A DNA stretch of 64,000 bases. Source: Deltaproteobacteria bacterium. Its GTDB lineage: Bacteria; Myxococcota; Kuafuiibacteriia; Kuafuiibacteriales; Kuafuiibacteriaceae. A program made the position numbers and the translations under genes. The notes under the pieces are model-generated. The model worked only from the letters and a program-made list of their open reading frames with translations. It did no database searches and had not been told where the DNA came from. Location: the NCBI GenBank assembly GCA_040218735.1, contig JAVJQW010000057.1, forward strand, positions 384,001 to 448,000. The letters are read 5' to 3'. Shown here one piece after another: positions 49,898-58,848 of this stretch (the stretch's first letter is position 1; every line of letters starts with the position of its first letter).

Positions 49898-51299
49898 TCA
49901 CGGCGGGATGAAGCAGTAGCTCGGGAGCGTCGGCGGGAGGCCGAACTGGTACGGCTCCGGCTGGACGCCACGCGGGTGATCGCGCAGGAACTCCCAGGTG
50001 AACGGCTGGCCCGGCGGGAGCTGGTGGCCGAACGTCCCCGAGCAGTGCACGACGAAGTGGCCGTTGTTCTGCAGGTTGTTCGAGAGGTTCAGCGTCGCGG
50101 TCTCGAAGGAGAAGCTCCCGTACGTGTCGGTCGGCCCACCCCACACCAGCAGCGCGGGGATCGGTGACTGCGGAACCGTGAAGCCGCCGAGCTGGCCGCC
50201 GGACAGCGCGGCGACCGACGCCAGATAGTTCGCGCGGTGCTGCATGAGGAACGTCGTGAACAGCGCACCCGCGCTGTGGCCGACGGACCAGACGCGGTTC
50301 ATGTCGACGTTGTACTGGACCGACAGGCACGCGAGGACGTCGTCGAACATCTCGATGTCGACGTTGTTCGGCGGGAGCACGCCGGTCTGCCACTCCCCCG
50401 AGCTGCAGCAGGAGTTGGGCGCGACGACGATGACCGGGTCGGTCCCGGCTGCCGTCCCGTAGCCCATCCAGCTCGTGGCGTCGGTCGGGTTGCCGCCGAG
50501 CCAGTGCCAAACGAACACCACGCCCGCGCCGACCGGGTTCGCGGGCAACGTCATGAGGAAGCTGCGCGACTGCCCCGCGGAGAGGAAGTTGAAGTTGTTG
50601 CCGTTGGTGAACACCGGGCACGTGCCCGGGTAGACCGGCGGGGTCGGCGGCGGCGGCGGCCCGCCGTCGGTCACGCCGGCGTCCGAGAACCCGGCGTCCG
50701 GGAACCCGGCGTCGGGTGGAGGACCGCCATCGTAGGGCGGAGGCCCCGCGTCGTACGGCGGAGGACCCGCGTCGTACGGCGGAGGACCCGCGTCGTACGG
50801 CGGAGGACCCAGCGTCGTAGGGCGGAGGCCCCGCGTCGTAGGGCGGAGGCCCCGCGTCGTAGGGCGGAGGACCCGCGTCGTAGGGCGGAGGCCCCGCGTC
50901 GTAGGGCGGAGGGCCCGCGTCCCGAGAGGTCACGACGCCGGCGTCGCGCGGCGGCACCCCGGCGTCGCGCGGCGCGGGGCCGCCGTCGTAGCCGTCGCCG
51001 GCGTCCCGCGGACCGCCATCGCGCACACCGCCGTCGGCGGGCCCGCCGTCGCGCAGCCCTGCGTCGCGGACCCCGGCGTCCGCGATGATCCCACCGTCGC
51101 GCGCGCCGCCATCGACGCTCCCGGCGTCGGCGGCGCTGACCGCTCCGTCGCGCCCGCCCGCATCCCGCGCGCTGGCGGGACCCGCGTCGTGCGGCGCGAC
51201 GACGAAGTCACTCTCCGCACCCTCCGGAACACAGGCGGTCGCTCCGATCAGAAGGAGCGCGCAGCCCCACACGCGCGCGCGCTCCGTCGACCAGGCCAT
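49898..51299 (-). pseudogene. Frameshifted lipoprotein esterase (alpha/beta hydrolase, PHB-depolymerase-like)
   Basis: The 5' part (lipobox ATAC plus DAG linker) and the 3' catalytic part (WHWLGG, VGHSAGA, WGGPTD, FGH) are in different frames. One extra A at 50811 in the repeat explains the shift; total length 1402 = 3n+1. Confidence 0.85.
50729..50921 (-). repeat. 21-nt tandem repeat, 9 units, encoding DAGPPPY
   Basis: Plus-strand unit GCGTCGTASGGCGGAGGMCCC counted directly. Confidence 0.9.
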
Positions 51300-51427
51300 G
51301 GCCCATCAACCCAGAACCGGGCCCACGCGGCAACCGCTGCGTGCCCCGCCGCGAGGGTGACAATTCGTCAGCCGGACAACGGTCGGTCGCCGGACACGAT
51401 CCCACACTGGTACTGATCGCACCTGAG

Positions 51428-52387
51428 ATGAAGTCGCTCCGCGTCGCGCCCGCCGTCCTGTTCGTCACTGTGTTCGCCACCGTCGCCTGCAGCTCCTCGC
51501 CCGAACCGATCGAGCGCCTCGCGCCTCCGACGGATGGAGAAGGCTTTCAGCTCGCGATGGACACCACCGCGCCCGCGGGCAGCGAGATCTGGAAGTGCGC
51601 CGTCTACCCGATCCCGATTCAAGAGGGCCTCGCTCCGGTCAACAGCGTTCGCTATCAGCAGAACTCCGGGATGCACCACATGACGCTCTCCACCACCGGC
51701 ATCGGCGGAAAGAAGATCGACTACGGCATCTATGACTGCGAGGACCTCGGCGACCTCATGGACGAGGTCATCATGATCTTCGGCAGCCAAGGCGCCGCCG
51801 AGGACACCATCCAACTCCCGGAGGGCGTCGCCGCCACGCTCGTCCCGAACCTCGACATCATCCACGAGGTTCACTACGTGAACACCTCCGAAGCGCCGGT
51901 CGACGTCTTCTCGCGCGTGAACGCGTACACCATCCCGTCCGACGAGGTCGTCGAAGGCATCTGGGGCGGCCAGGTCCGCGACGAACACATCGAGATCCCC
52001 GCCAACAGCGAACACACCGAGTGGACCCGGTGCGTGATGAACGAGGACGTCGACGTCCTCTTCCTCGCCTCCCACACCCACCAGCTCGGCGTCGAGTTCA
52101 CCATCGCGCCGTTCGACGGCACGACGGTCGGCGACGTCTTCTATTCGAACGACGACTGGCACGACCCGAAGATCGTCCAGTACGACCCGCCGCGCGTGCT
52201 GAAGGCCGGCGAAGGGTTCGAGTACAGCTGCACGTGGCGCAACGACACGGACGCGATGGTGCCCTACGGCCTCAAGTCGACCGAGGAGATGTGCAACCTC
52301 GCGATCGTCCACACACCCTACAGCGAGTCCGCGCGCTGCGAGGTCGTCGAGACGAGCGACGGCGTAATCTGGTCGCCCGACGAATAG
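51428..52387 (+). CDS. Lipoprotein, copper type II ascorbate-dependent monooxygenase-like (PHM/DBH fold)
   Basis: Lipobox TVAC. Candidate CuH ligands MHHM and EVHY; candidate CuM ligands SHTH and EEMC. Confidence 0.8.
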   Translation: MKSLRVAPAVLFVTVFATVACSSSPEPIERLAPPTDGEGFQLAMDTTAPAGSEIWKCAVYPIPIQEGLAPVNSVRYQQNSGMHHMTLSTTGIGGKKIDYGIYDCEDLGDLMDEVIMIFGSQGAAEDTIQLPEGVAATLVPNLDIIHEVHYVNTSEAPVDVFSRVNAYTIPSDEVVEGIWGGQVRDEHIEIPANSEHTEWTRCVMNEDVDVLFLASHTHQLGVEFTIAPFDGTTVGDVFYSNDDWHDPKIVQYDPPRVLKAGEGFEYSCTWRNDTDAMVPYGLKSTEEMCNLAIVHTPYSESARCEVVETSDGVIWSPDE

Positions 52388-53758
52388 CTACCCGCGAATC
52401 CAAACCCGGCGCCCCCTGCGCGGATCATTGAGAGCGCGCAACATGTGCTCATCGAGTTCGGCCGCAGTCGGCCTCCGATCGAACAGCCCCTCCAACCAGT
52501 CGGAGGGAGGCCGCCGGTGCGGTGGCCGGATGTTCTCGTCGATGATCACGTACGGGTTCGAGGGGAGCTCGCGCGTGATCGTGTCCGGGACGCGCGTTTG
52601 CGGCGGCGCCTCCACGTTCGCCGGCGCGACCTTCGGCGCCTTCTTCGGCTTGGGCGCACGCTTCGGCTTCGCCGTCGGCTCGGCCGCCCGCTTCGCCTTC
52701 GGCGGCTCCTTCGGCTCGGGGGCCCGCTTCGGCCTCGGCGCCGTCTTCGGCTTCTGCGCCGGAGCGCTCCGCGCCTTCACCGCGCGCACGTTCGGTATCG
52801 TCGGACTGTTCGGCGTGACCGGCGCGGCGCCCTTCGGGTTCTTGACGATGAGCTTCTTCACGTCGACCTGAGCGATCGACTTGCGCGCCCGTGACGCGAG
52901 GTTTCGCACGCCCTGCACCACCTCGCGCCCCGCGTACGCGCGCCCGACGGACCCCGCGGCGCCGGCGGCCGCGGCCATCGTGTCGACGACCGCCACGCCC
53001 TGCCGCGACGCCGCCACGTTGGTGCTGATGATCCGGTACGGCGTCGTCGTCATCTCGACCGCAGCGCCCAACGCAAAACCCGCGACCTTCACGGAGTTGG
53101 AGTCCTGCGCCATCATCCACTCGGCCGCCGCGCCACCGTAGTCCTCGAGTAGCTGCCGCTGCGCGTCGGTGACGTCGAGCGCCGCCTTTACGATCGCCCC
53201 ACCGCCGCCCACGCGGTCGAGGTGCGCGTGCGCCGCCTCGACCTCGTCCTGCACGATCAACCCGAGCTGATCGATCGGGTCGCGCAGGTGCTCGGCCGAC
53301 GCGTACGTCTCCCCCCGCTCCCACGACATCGAAGACTCCGGGCGTTCGAGCGCCGCGGCGACATCCGCGTTGCGCAGCGCCTTGCGCACGGCGCCCGCCG
53401 CCCCCTTCCCGATCTCCGCCTCCATCTTCCTGCGCGGCATCCTGCGAATCGCATCGATCGAGTGGCCGCGATCGATCAGCGCCCCGATCGAATCGGCGCC
53501 CAGCGCGAGCTCGTCGAGCTTGGCGAGCTGCGCCTCGTGCTCACCCAACGTGTTGTCGTAGTGCCCGACGATCGTCGACACCGCCTTCACGGGGTTCAGC
53601 AGCTCGAGGTAGGCGTCCGGCGTCCGATCCGCGGCCAGCGCCACGAGCTGCGCGCGCTCCGTGCGTGCCTTGTCGGCGACCTGGGCGATCAGCGCACGCT
53701 GCGCGCGGGACGGGGTCGCCATCGACGGCTGGTTCCGCTCGGCCGCCGTCTGTTGCAT
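52388..53758 (-). CDS. Hypothetical signal-less protein with Ala/Gly-rich helices and a Pro/Lys-rich tail
   Basis: Long ORF with protein-like composition and AP(K/R)PK repeats. Start uncertain (53758 or 53722). Confidence 0.65.
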   Translation of the reverse strand: MQQTAAERNQPSMATPSRAQRALIAQVADKARTERAQLVALAADRTPDAYLELLNPVKAVSTIVGHYDNTLGEHEAQLAKLDELALGADSIGALIDRGHSIDAIRRMPRRKMEAEIGKGAAGAVRKALRNADVAAALERPESSMSWERGETYASAEHLRDPIDQLGLIVQDEVEAAHAHLDRVGGGGAIVKAALDVTDAQRQLLEDYGGAAAEWMMAQDSNSVKVAGFALGAAVEMTTTPYRIISTNVAASRQGVAVVDTMAAAAGAAGSVGRAYAGREVVQGVRNLASRARKSIAQVDVKKLIVKNPKGAAPVTPNSPTIPNVRAVKARSAPAQKPKTAPRPKRAPEPKEPPKAKRAAEPTAKPKRAPKPKKAPKVAPANVEAPPQTRVPDTITRELPSNPYVIIDENIRPPHRRPPSDWLEGLFDRRPTAAELDEHMLRALNDPRRGRRVWIRG

Positions 53759-53949
53759 CGGGAACTTGATTCCAACCACGCGTCCGACGTCTCCAAGGGT
53801 CGCGCCAACGGGAGCCGTTCGAAGTCCACATCGAGGTTTCGCGGCGTTGGCTCACACGACCCGCGACGAGCTCCGGGTCCGTCGGACGAACGCCGGACGA
53901 ATCCGGACGAACGCTCGCGACGAGCGCCCGCCGACGGTATGACACGCGC

Positions 53950-55374
53950 GTGGAGCCCTCCTTTCTCTCGTTGCTGCCGGCGCTCGTCGCGATCGGCCTC
54001 GCCTTCGTCACCCGGCAAGTCATCCCGGCGCTGTTCCTCGGGATCCTCACGGGCGGCGTGGTGCTCACCGTCGAGACGGGCGACCTCGCGCAGCTCAACG
54101 TTCTGAAGACGTTCTTCCTCCCGGCGCTCGGCAGCACCGGGTTCGCGAAGATCCTCCTCGTCTACCTGTGGTGCCTCGGCGGCCTCATCGGCATGTGGGA
54201 GAAGACCGGCGGTGCCATCCACTTCTCGGAGGTCGTCGGCGCCCGCTTCGCGAAGAGCGCCAAGGGCTCGCTGACGTTTGCTTGGTTGGTCGGCTGCATC
54301 TTCCACCAGGGCGGCACCATCAGCACCGTCCTCGCCGGGACCACCGTGAAGCCGGTGACGGACCGTCACCGCATCGCGCACGAAGAGCTCGCGTACGTCG
54401 TCGACTCCACCGCCTCCCCGATCGCCACGGTGCTCCCCTTCAACGCCTGGCCGGGTTTCATCGCCGCGCTCGTCGCGGGCACGATCCCGATCCTCCCGAA
54501 CGTCGAAGCCGCCACCGTCTTCTTCTTCTCGAGCATCAAGTACAACTTCTACGGGATGTTCGCCGTCCTCGGGACGCTCCTGTTCTCCCTCGGCCTCCTC
54601 CCCTGGGTCGGCGGCACCATGAAGGCGGCCCGCGAGCGCGCGCGCGAGAAGGGTCAGCTCGACAGCGACCACGCGCGCCCGATGCTCGTCACCAAGGACC
54701 CGACGATCGACGCCACCGACAACCGCGCCGAAAACTACCAGCCGAGCCTCATCGACTTCTTCATCCCGATCGGCACGCTGCTCGGCTTCGCGATCATCCC
54801 GTACGTCGTCTTCGACACCGACTTCATCAACGAGGCGTTCGTTCTGTGTGTCCTCTCGGCGATGGTCGTCGCGCGCATCCGCGGCATGAAGATGAACGCG
54901 ATCCTCGACGGCTTCATCGACGGCTGTAAGTCGATGACCATCGGCGCGATCATCCTCGGCCTCGCCGTCACCATCGGCGCCGTCGCCAAGGAGCTCCACA
55001 CGGCCGACTACCTCGTCACGCTGATCGGCTCCTCGTTCCCGGCGATCGTCCTCCCGGGCATCCTCACGCTCCTGTGCATGGGCATCGCGTTCTCTTGCGG
55101 AACGAGCTGGGGCACCTACGCCGTCGTGTTCCCGGTCGCGATGCCCCTCGCGTGGGCGGTGAACCCGGACCCCGGCTTCGTTTCGGTGTGTTTCGGCGCC
55201 GTGCTCGGAGGCGCCGTGTTCGGCGATCAGTGCTCACCGATCAGCGACACGACGATCCTCTCGGCGATGTTCACCGGCTGCGATCTCATGGACCACGTCA
55301 AGACCCAGCTCCCGCTCGCGATGGCCGCCGCGCTGATCGGCGCGGCCCTCAGCACCCTCGCCGTACTGATCTGA
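53950..55374 (+). CDS. NhaC-family antiporter / transporter
   Basis: ELAYVVDSTASP, GTSWGT and GAVFGDQCSPISDTTILS..HVKTQLP; multiple TM segments. Confidence 0.9.
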   Translation: MEPSFLSLLPALVAIGLAFVTRQVIPALFLGILTGGVVLTVETGDLAQLNVLKTFFLPALGSTGFAKILLVYLWCLGGLIGMWEKTGGAIHFSEVVGARFAKSAKGSLTFAWLVGCIFHQGGTISTVLAGTTVKPVTDRHRIAHEELAYVVDSTASPIATVLPFNAWPGFIAALVAGTIPILPNVEAATVFFFSSIKYNFYGMFAVLGTLLFSLGLLPWVGGTMKAARERAREKGQLDSDHARPMLVTKDPTIDATDNRAENYQPSLIDFFIPIGTLLGFAIIPYVVFDTDFINEAFVLCVLSAMVVARIRGMKMNAILDGFIDGCKSMTIGAIILGLAVTIGAVAKELHTADYLVTLIGSSFPAIVLPGILTLLCMGIAFSCGTSWGTYAVVFPVAMPLAWAVNPDPGFVSVCFGAVLGGAVFGDQCSPISDTTILSAMFTGCDLMDHVKTQLPLAMAAALIGAALSTLAVLI

Positions 55375-55376
55375 GT

Positions 55377-56399
55377 TCAGCCCTTCCACGCGGCGCGGTA
55401 CCGCAGCCCCAGACTCATAATCTTCTCGAGCAACTCACCGTAACCCACGCCCGCCTTCTCCGCGGACTCCGCGAAGTCCTCGCCGTACTCGATGTTGGGG
55501 TTCGCGTTTGCCTCTAGGACGTAGACCCGCCCGTCGTCGGTGACGCGGAGATCCATGCGCCCGTACCCACTCATGTGGAGCGCGCGGTACACACGTTTGC
55601 AGATGCGCACGACCCGCGTCGCGAGCTCCGGCCCCAGCTCGGCGACCTTCGTGTCGATGCCGTGTTTCTCTTGGTACTTCGTGTCCCACTTCACCTTCGC
55701 GGTCGCGATCGGGTGAACGTTGTCCGGCATCTTCGCGAACACCATCTCCCACGGCGGGAACACCGTGAGTCTACGGTTCCCCATGACACTCACGTAGATC
55801 TCACGCCCGTCGATGTACTGCTCCGCGATCGCGTCCGAGCTGGTGTGTTTGTGGACGAAGCGCACGCGCTCCACGAGCGCCTCGTCGGAGTTCACGATCG
55901 ACGCCTGCGAGATCCCGAGCGAGGCATCCTCCGTCGCGGACTTCACGATCAGCGGGTACTGCAGTTTGTTCGGGCGCTTGGGTTTACGACCCACCGGGAA
56001 CACCGCGAAGCGCGGCGTCGGGATGCGGTGATACGCGAGGATCTTCTTGCTGAGCGCCTTGTCGCGCGACAACAGCAACCCACGCGGATTGCAGCCGGTG
56101 TAGGGCTGCCGCATCAGCTCGAGGTAACTCACGATCGCGTGGTCGTACTCGACGACCCCGTGAAACTCCTCGAGCAGCATGAACGTGAGGTTGGGTTCGT
56201 ACTCCTGGAGCTGGCGACGGATCGGACCGATGTCGTCGTAGACCCCCAACGCCCGCGCCGTGTGCCCGCGCTCCTGCAGCGTCGAAACCACGTCGAACTC
56301 GGCCTTCCACGGCGCGATCTGCTCGTCGGTCATCCCGTCGATCGACTCGGGCGGGACGTGCCCTTCACGAACCAGAACCAACACACGCTGCTTCTTCAT
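55377..56399 (-). CDS. Ddl-like ATP-grasp ligase (not the canonical Ddl)
   Basis: PYTG, DKALSKKIL, YPLIVKS..EDASLGI, EQYIDGRE, YGRMDLR and LEANANP. Lacks the GGxSxE N-terminal motif of true Ddl. Confidence 0.88.
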   Translation of the reverse strand: MKKQRVLVLVREGHVPPESIDGMTDEQIAPWKAEFDVVSTLQERGHTARALGVYDDIGPIRRQLQEYEPNLTFMLLEEFHGVVEYDHAIVSYLELMRQPYTGCNPRGLLLSRDKALSKKILAYHRIPTPRFAVFPVGRKPKRPNKLQYPLIVKSATEDASLGISQASIVNSDEALVERVRFVHKHTSSDAIAEQYIDGREIYVSVMGNRRLTVFPPWEMVFAKMPDNVHPIATAKVKWDTKYQEKHGIDTKVAELGPELATRVVRICKRVYRALHMSGYGRMDLRVTDDGRVYVLEANANPNIEYGEDFAESAEKAGVGYGELLEKIMSLGLRYRAAWKG

Positions 56400-57421
56400 A
56401 GCGCCACCCGGTGACGACCACCGTGCAGGTAGTTCATCGTCTTGACCGTCACCAGGACGATCGTGTCCCGCAGCGCGTCGTCTTCGTCCGTGCGCAGCCG
56501 GAGTTTCTTCTCACGGCAGATCTGGATCATCTCGTGGAGGACCTGGTCGATCGCGTACTGGTACTGCCCCGTCCAGCGCGCGACCGTCGCACGGATCGTC
56601 GGCCTCACCCTCTTGAGGAACCCGACCGCCGGCGGATTCTTCGCGCACGCCGGGTCGTCCCCGAAGAGCCTGCGCAGGTCGCCCTCGAAGAACCCGGGGA
56701 GGTCCATGCCGTAGTGGTCACGTTTCTTCGTGTAGTGCGTTCGGAGCTTCGATCGAAGCGTGCGCACCGGCTCGATCCGACGCCGTGAAGTCACCACCGG
56801 CTTCTCACCTTCGAGTGACTTCATCAGCTCGTCCATGTACTCGAGCTTCTTCATCGCCGGCCACCCGCGGTATTGCGAGCGCCAGCGCGACCGCGGCTTG
56901 AGCCACACCGCAAACGTCTCGGCGAAGTCCTCGATCGGGTGCGCCTGCGCGTACCACATGCCGAGGTGCTGCACGAAGTTTCGGCTGTTGGGTTTGGGTT
57001 TGTAGAAGTCCGGGTACTTCTGCGTCACGCGACCGAAGTGTTCCCGGTAGCCCTTGCGTCGGCGCAGACGGAACGCGGTGTCGATCGTGTGCGCGGCCTC
57101 GTGGCGAAGGATCTTCATGCACCACTTCTCCGGGCCGCCTTCGACCTCGAGCATCTGTTTGCGCTCGAGTCGCATGAGCCGCGGGTGGCCCAGATAGAAC
57201 GGCACGCCGATCCCGGGGACGCCGTCGGGTGAGAACCACTCCTCGCCGAACCAGAAGTGCGGACGGAAATCGAGTCCGCGGTGCTCGAGCTCTTCGTACA
57301 GGCGGTCGAACCGCTCCTCGATCAGCCCCGTGTCGAGCGCCGGCGCGAGGTCACAGATCCGCAGTTCGAGGAGAGACGCTTCGTCGAGCTTGGCGAGTTT
57401 TGCCGCCGTCAGTCGCTTCAA
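56396..57421 (-). CDS. Putative zinc-binding metallopeptidase (zincin, Peptidase_Mx-like)
   Basis: ILRHEAAH (HExxH), YAQAHPIEDFAETFAVWL and EWFSPDG..IGVPFYL. Start placed at TTG 57421, overlapping the upstream stop; ATGA overlap with the ligase. Confidence 0.85.
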   Translation of the reverse strand: MKRLTAAKLAKLDEASLLELRICDLAPALDTGLIEERFDRLYEELEHRGLDFRPHFWFGEEWFSPDGVPGIGVPFYLGHPRLMRLERKQMLEVEGGPEKWCMKILRHEAAHTIDTAFRLRRRKGYREHFGRVTQKYPDFYKPKPNSRNFVQHLGMWYAQAHPIEDFAETFAVWLKPRSRWRSQYRGWPAMKKLEYMDELMKSLEGEKPVVTSRRRIEPVRTLRSKLRTHYTKKRDHYGMDLPGFFEGDLRRLFGDDPACAKNPPAVGFLKRVRPTIRATVARWTGQYQYAIDQVLHEMIQICREKKLRLRTDEDDALRDTIVLVTVKTMNYLHGGRHRVAL

Positions 57422-58788
57422 GGCCCTGAACGGATACCACACCGCACCCACTTGCCGTCGACCCCCGGGGCCTGGCTGAGCTTGGTGATGCGGACGTAGT
57501 GCACACCCGTCGAGGTCGTGGTCTGCGGGATGAACGCGTTGTTCGGCGGCTCCTCGGCGTCCTCACCGATCAACGTGAGCGTCGGGTCGAGCAGCTCGAT
57601 GGTCAGACCGCGCACTCCGGACCCCGCGTTCTGCGCACCGCACGCGATCGACGGCTCCTCACCCGCGCGGACCTCGAACGCAAAGACGTCGGCGTCGCCG
57701 TCGTCGATGTCCGTGATGATGAAGGCCGAGCGCGTGGCGTCCTCGCTCAACGTGAGCATCGGCGCCGTCGCGGGGGTGTCGTTCGGCTCCGGCGGTGCCG
57801 GGGCGTTCTCGATCTGCAGGTCGGTCTTGAAGGCGTAGAAGTCGTTCGCGCCGACCATGTCGCCCGGGTGCGTGATCGTGAACTCGTAGTCGCCGGGACC
57901 GTACGGCACGCGGAGGCTCGTGAGGTCGTCGGAGAGGAAGAGGTTCGCGGTGACCGAGCCCGTCGCGACGTGGGTGACGATCAAGTTCCCCCCGCGCGTC
58001 GTCGAGCCGTACCCCATCGGTCCGACCGGCATTCTATCGAAGCGAATGCGTCCGCTCGTCGAGAAGCTCACGAAGAAGACGTCGCGATCGTCGAGGCGGT
58101 TGTCGAAGGTTCCGAGGACGCGTCCGTCGAGGTTGTTGTCGAAGTCGAGTCGAACCCGCGAGGCGGAGTCGTCACCGCGCTCGAGATCGATCGCGACACC
58201 GTTGCGATCGTCTTCGAGCTCGAGCGCATAGAGTTGGTAGAGGTAGTCGGGTCCGCCCGCGGCGCCGGTGGAGTCCGGCGACCAGTCGCTGAACTCGAGC
58301 ACCTCGATGTAATAAAGTCCGTCGGCCGGCACGTGGTAGAAGATCTCGGCGTCGGTATCACTCGACAGCGCACGTGCGTCGTTCTCGGCGACGAGCTGCC
58401 GGTCCGGACCGTAGAGCCGTACGACCGGGTCGGTGATGACGCCGTTGACCTCCTCCGTGATCGTCGCGATCCACAGGTAGATGCCGCGGCTGAGGTTGAT
58501 GCTGTAGAAGTCACGGTCGCCGGCAGGGTTGATCACCCCCGCGGTCCCCCCGCTCCGGCCGATCGGGATCATGATCGCGTCGTCGAAGGAGTCGTCGACG
58601 AAACCACCGTCGCGCGGGCGAGGCCCGGCGTCACGGATCACGCGGCTCCCACCGTCGCGCGTGCCACCGTCGCGCGGCACCTCTACTTCTTCGACGCCGC
58701 TGTCCCGGATCATCACGATCGGATCGTCATCGCCGCCGGAGCAGTGCACGAGCGTCAGAGCGAAGAGAATCGAGAGGCTGCGCTTCAT
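57418..58788 (-). CDS. Lipoprotein with repeated PPC (pre-peptidase C-terminal-like) beta domains
   Basis: Lipobox LVHC and RDGG linker. GDRDFYS..DPVVRLYGPD..AEND..GLYYIEV; DRDVF; EPNDT..DADVFAF. Confidence 0.75.
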   Translation of the reverse strand: MKRSLSILFALTLVHCSGGDDDPIVMIRDSGVEEVEVPRDGGTRDGGSRVIRDAGPRPRDGGFVDDSFDDAIMIPIGRSGGTAGVINPAGDRDFYSINLSRGIYLWIATITEEVNGVITDPVVRLYGPDRQLVAENDARALSSDTDAEIFYHVPADGLYYIEVLEFSDWSPDSTGAAGGPDYLYQLYALELEDDRNGVAIDLERGDDSASRVRLDFDNNLDGRVLGTFDNRLDDRDVFFVSFSTSGRIRFDRMPVGPMGYGSTTRGGNLIVTHVATGSVTANLFLSDDLTSLRVPYGPGDYEFTITHPGDMVGANDFYAFKTDLQIENAPAPPEPNDTPATAPMLTLSEDATRSAFIITDIDDGDADVFAFEVRAGEEPSIACGAQNAGSGVRGLTIELLDPTLTLIGEDAEEPPNNAFIPQTTTSTGVHYVRITKLSQAPGVDGKWVRCGIRSGP

Positions 58789-58848
58789 GGCGGAAAATCA
58801 TGAACGCGCTTTGGATTTCGAGCAATCTCGCGCCCGAAGGTCGGCGCG

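Noticed and set aside
50729-50921. Possible CRISPR array
   Set aside because: The repeats are contiguous with no spacers, they encode DAGPPPY, and there are no cas genes.
51330-51347. Sigma54-like GGCACG..TTGC on the minus strand upstream of 51299
   Set aside because: The GG-to-GC spacing is 12 nt rather than the required 10.
55377-56399. Canonical ddl, or a vancomycin-resistance locus together with the VanZ-like gene
   Set aside because: The protein lacks Ddl/VanA N-terminal motifs, there are no vanH/X/R/S genes, and the VanZ-like gene is more than 50 kb away.
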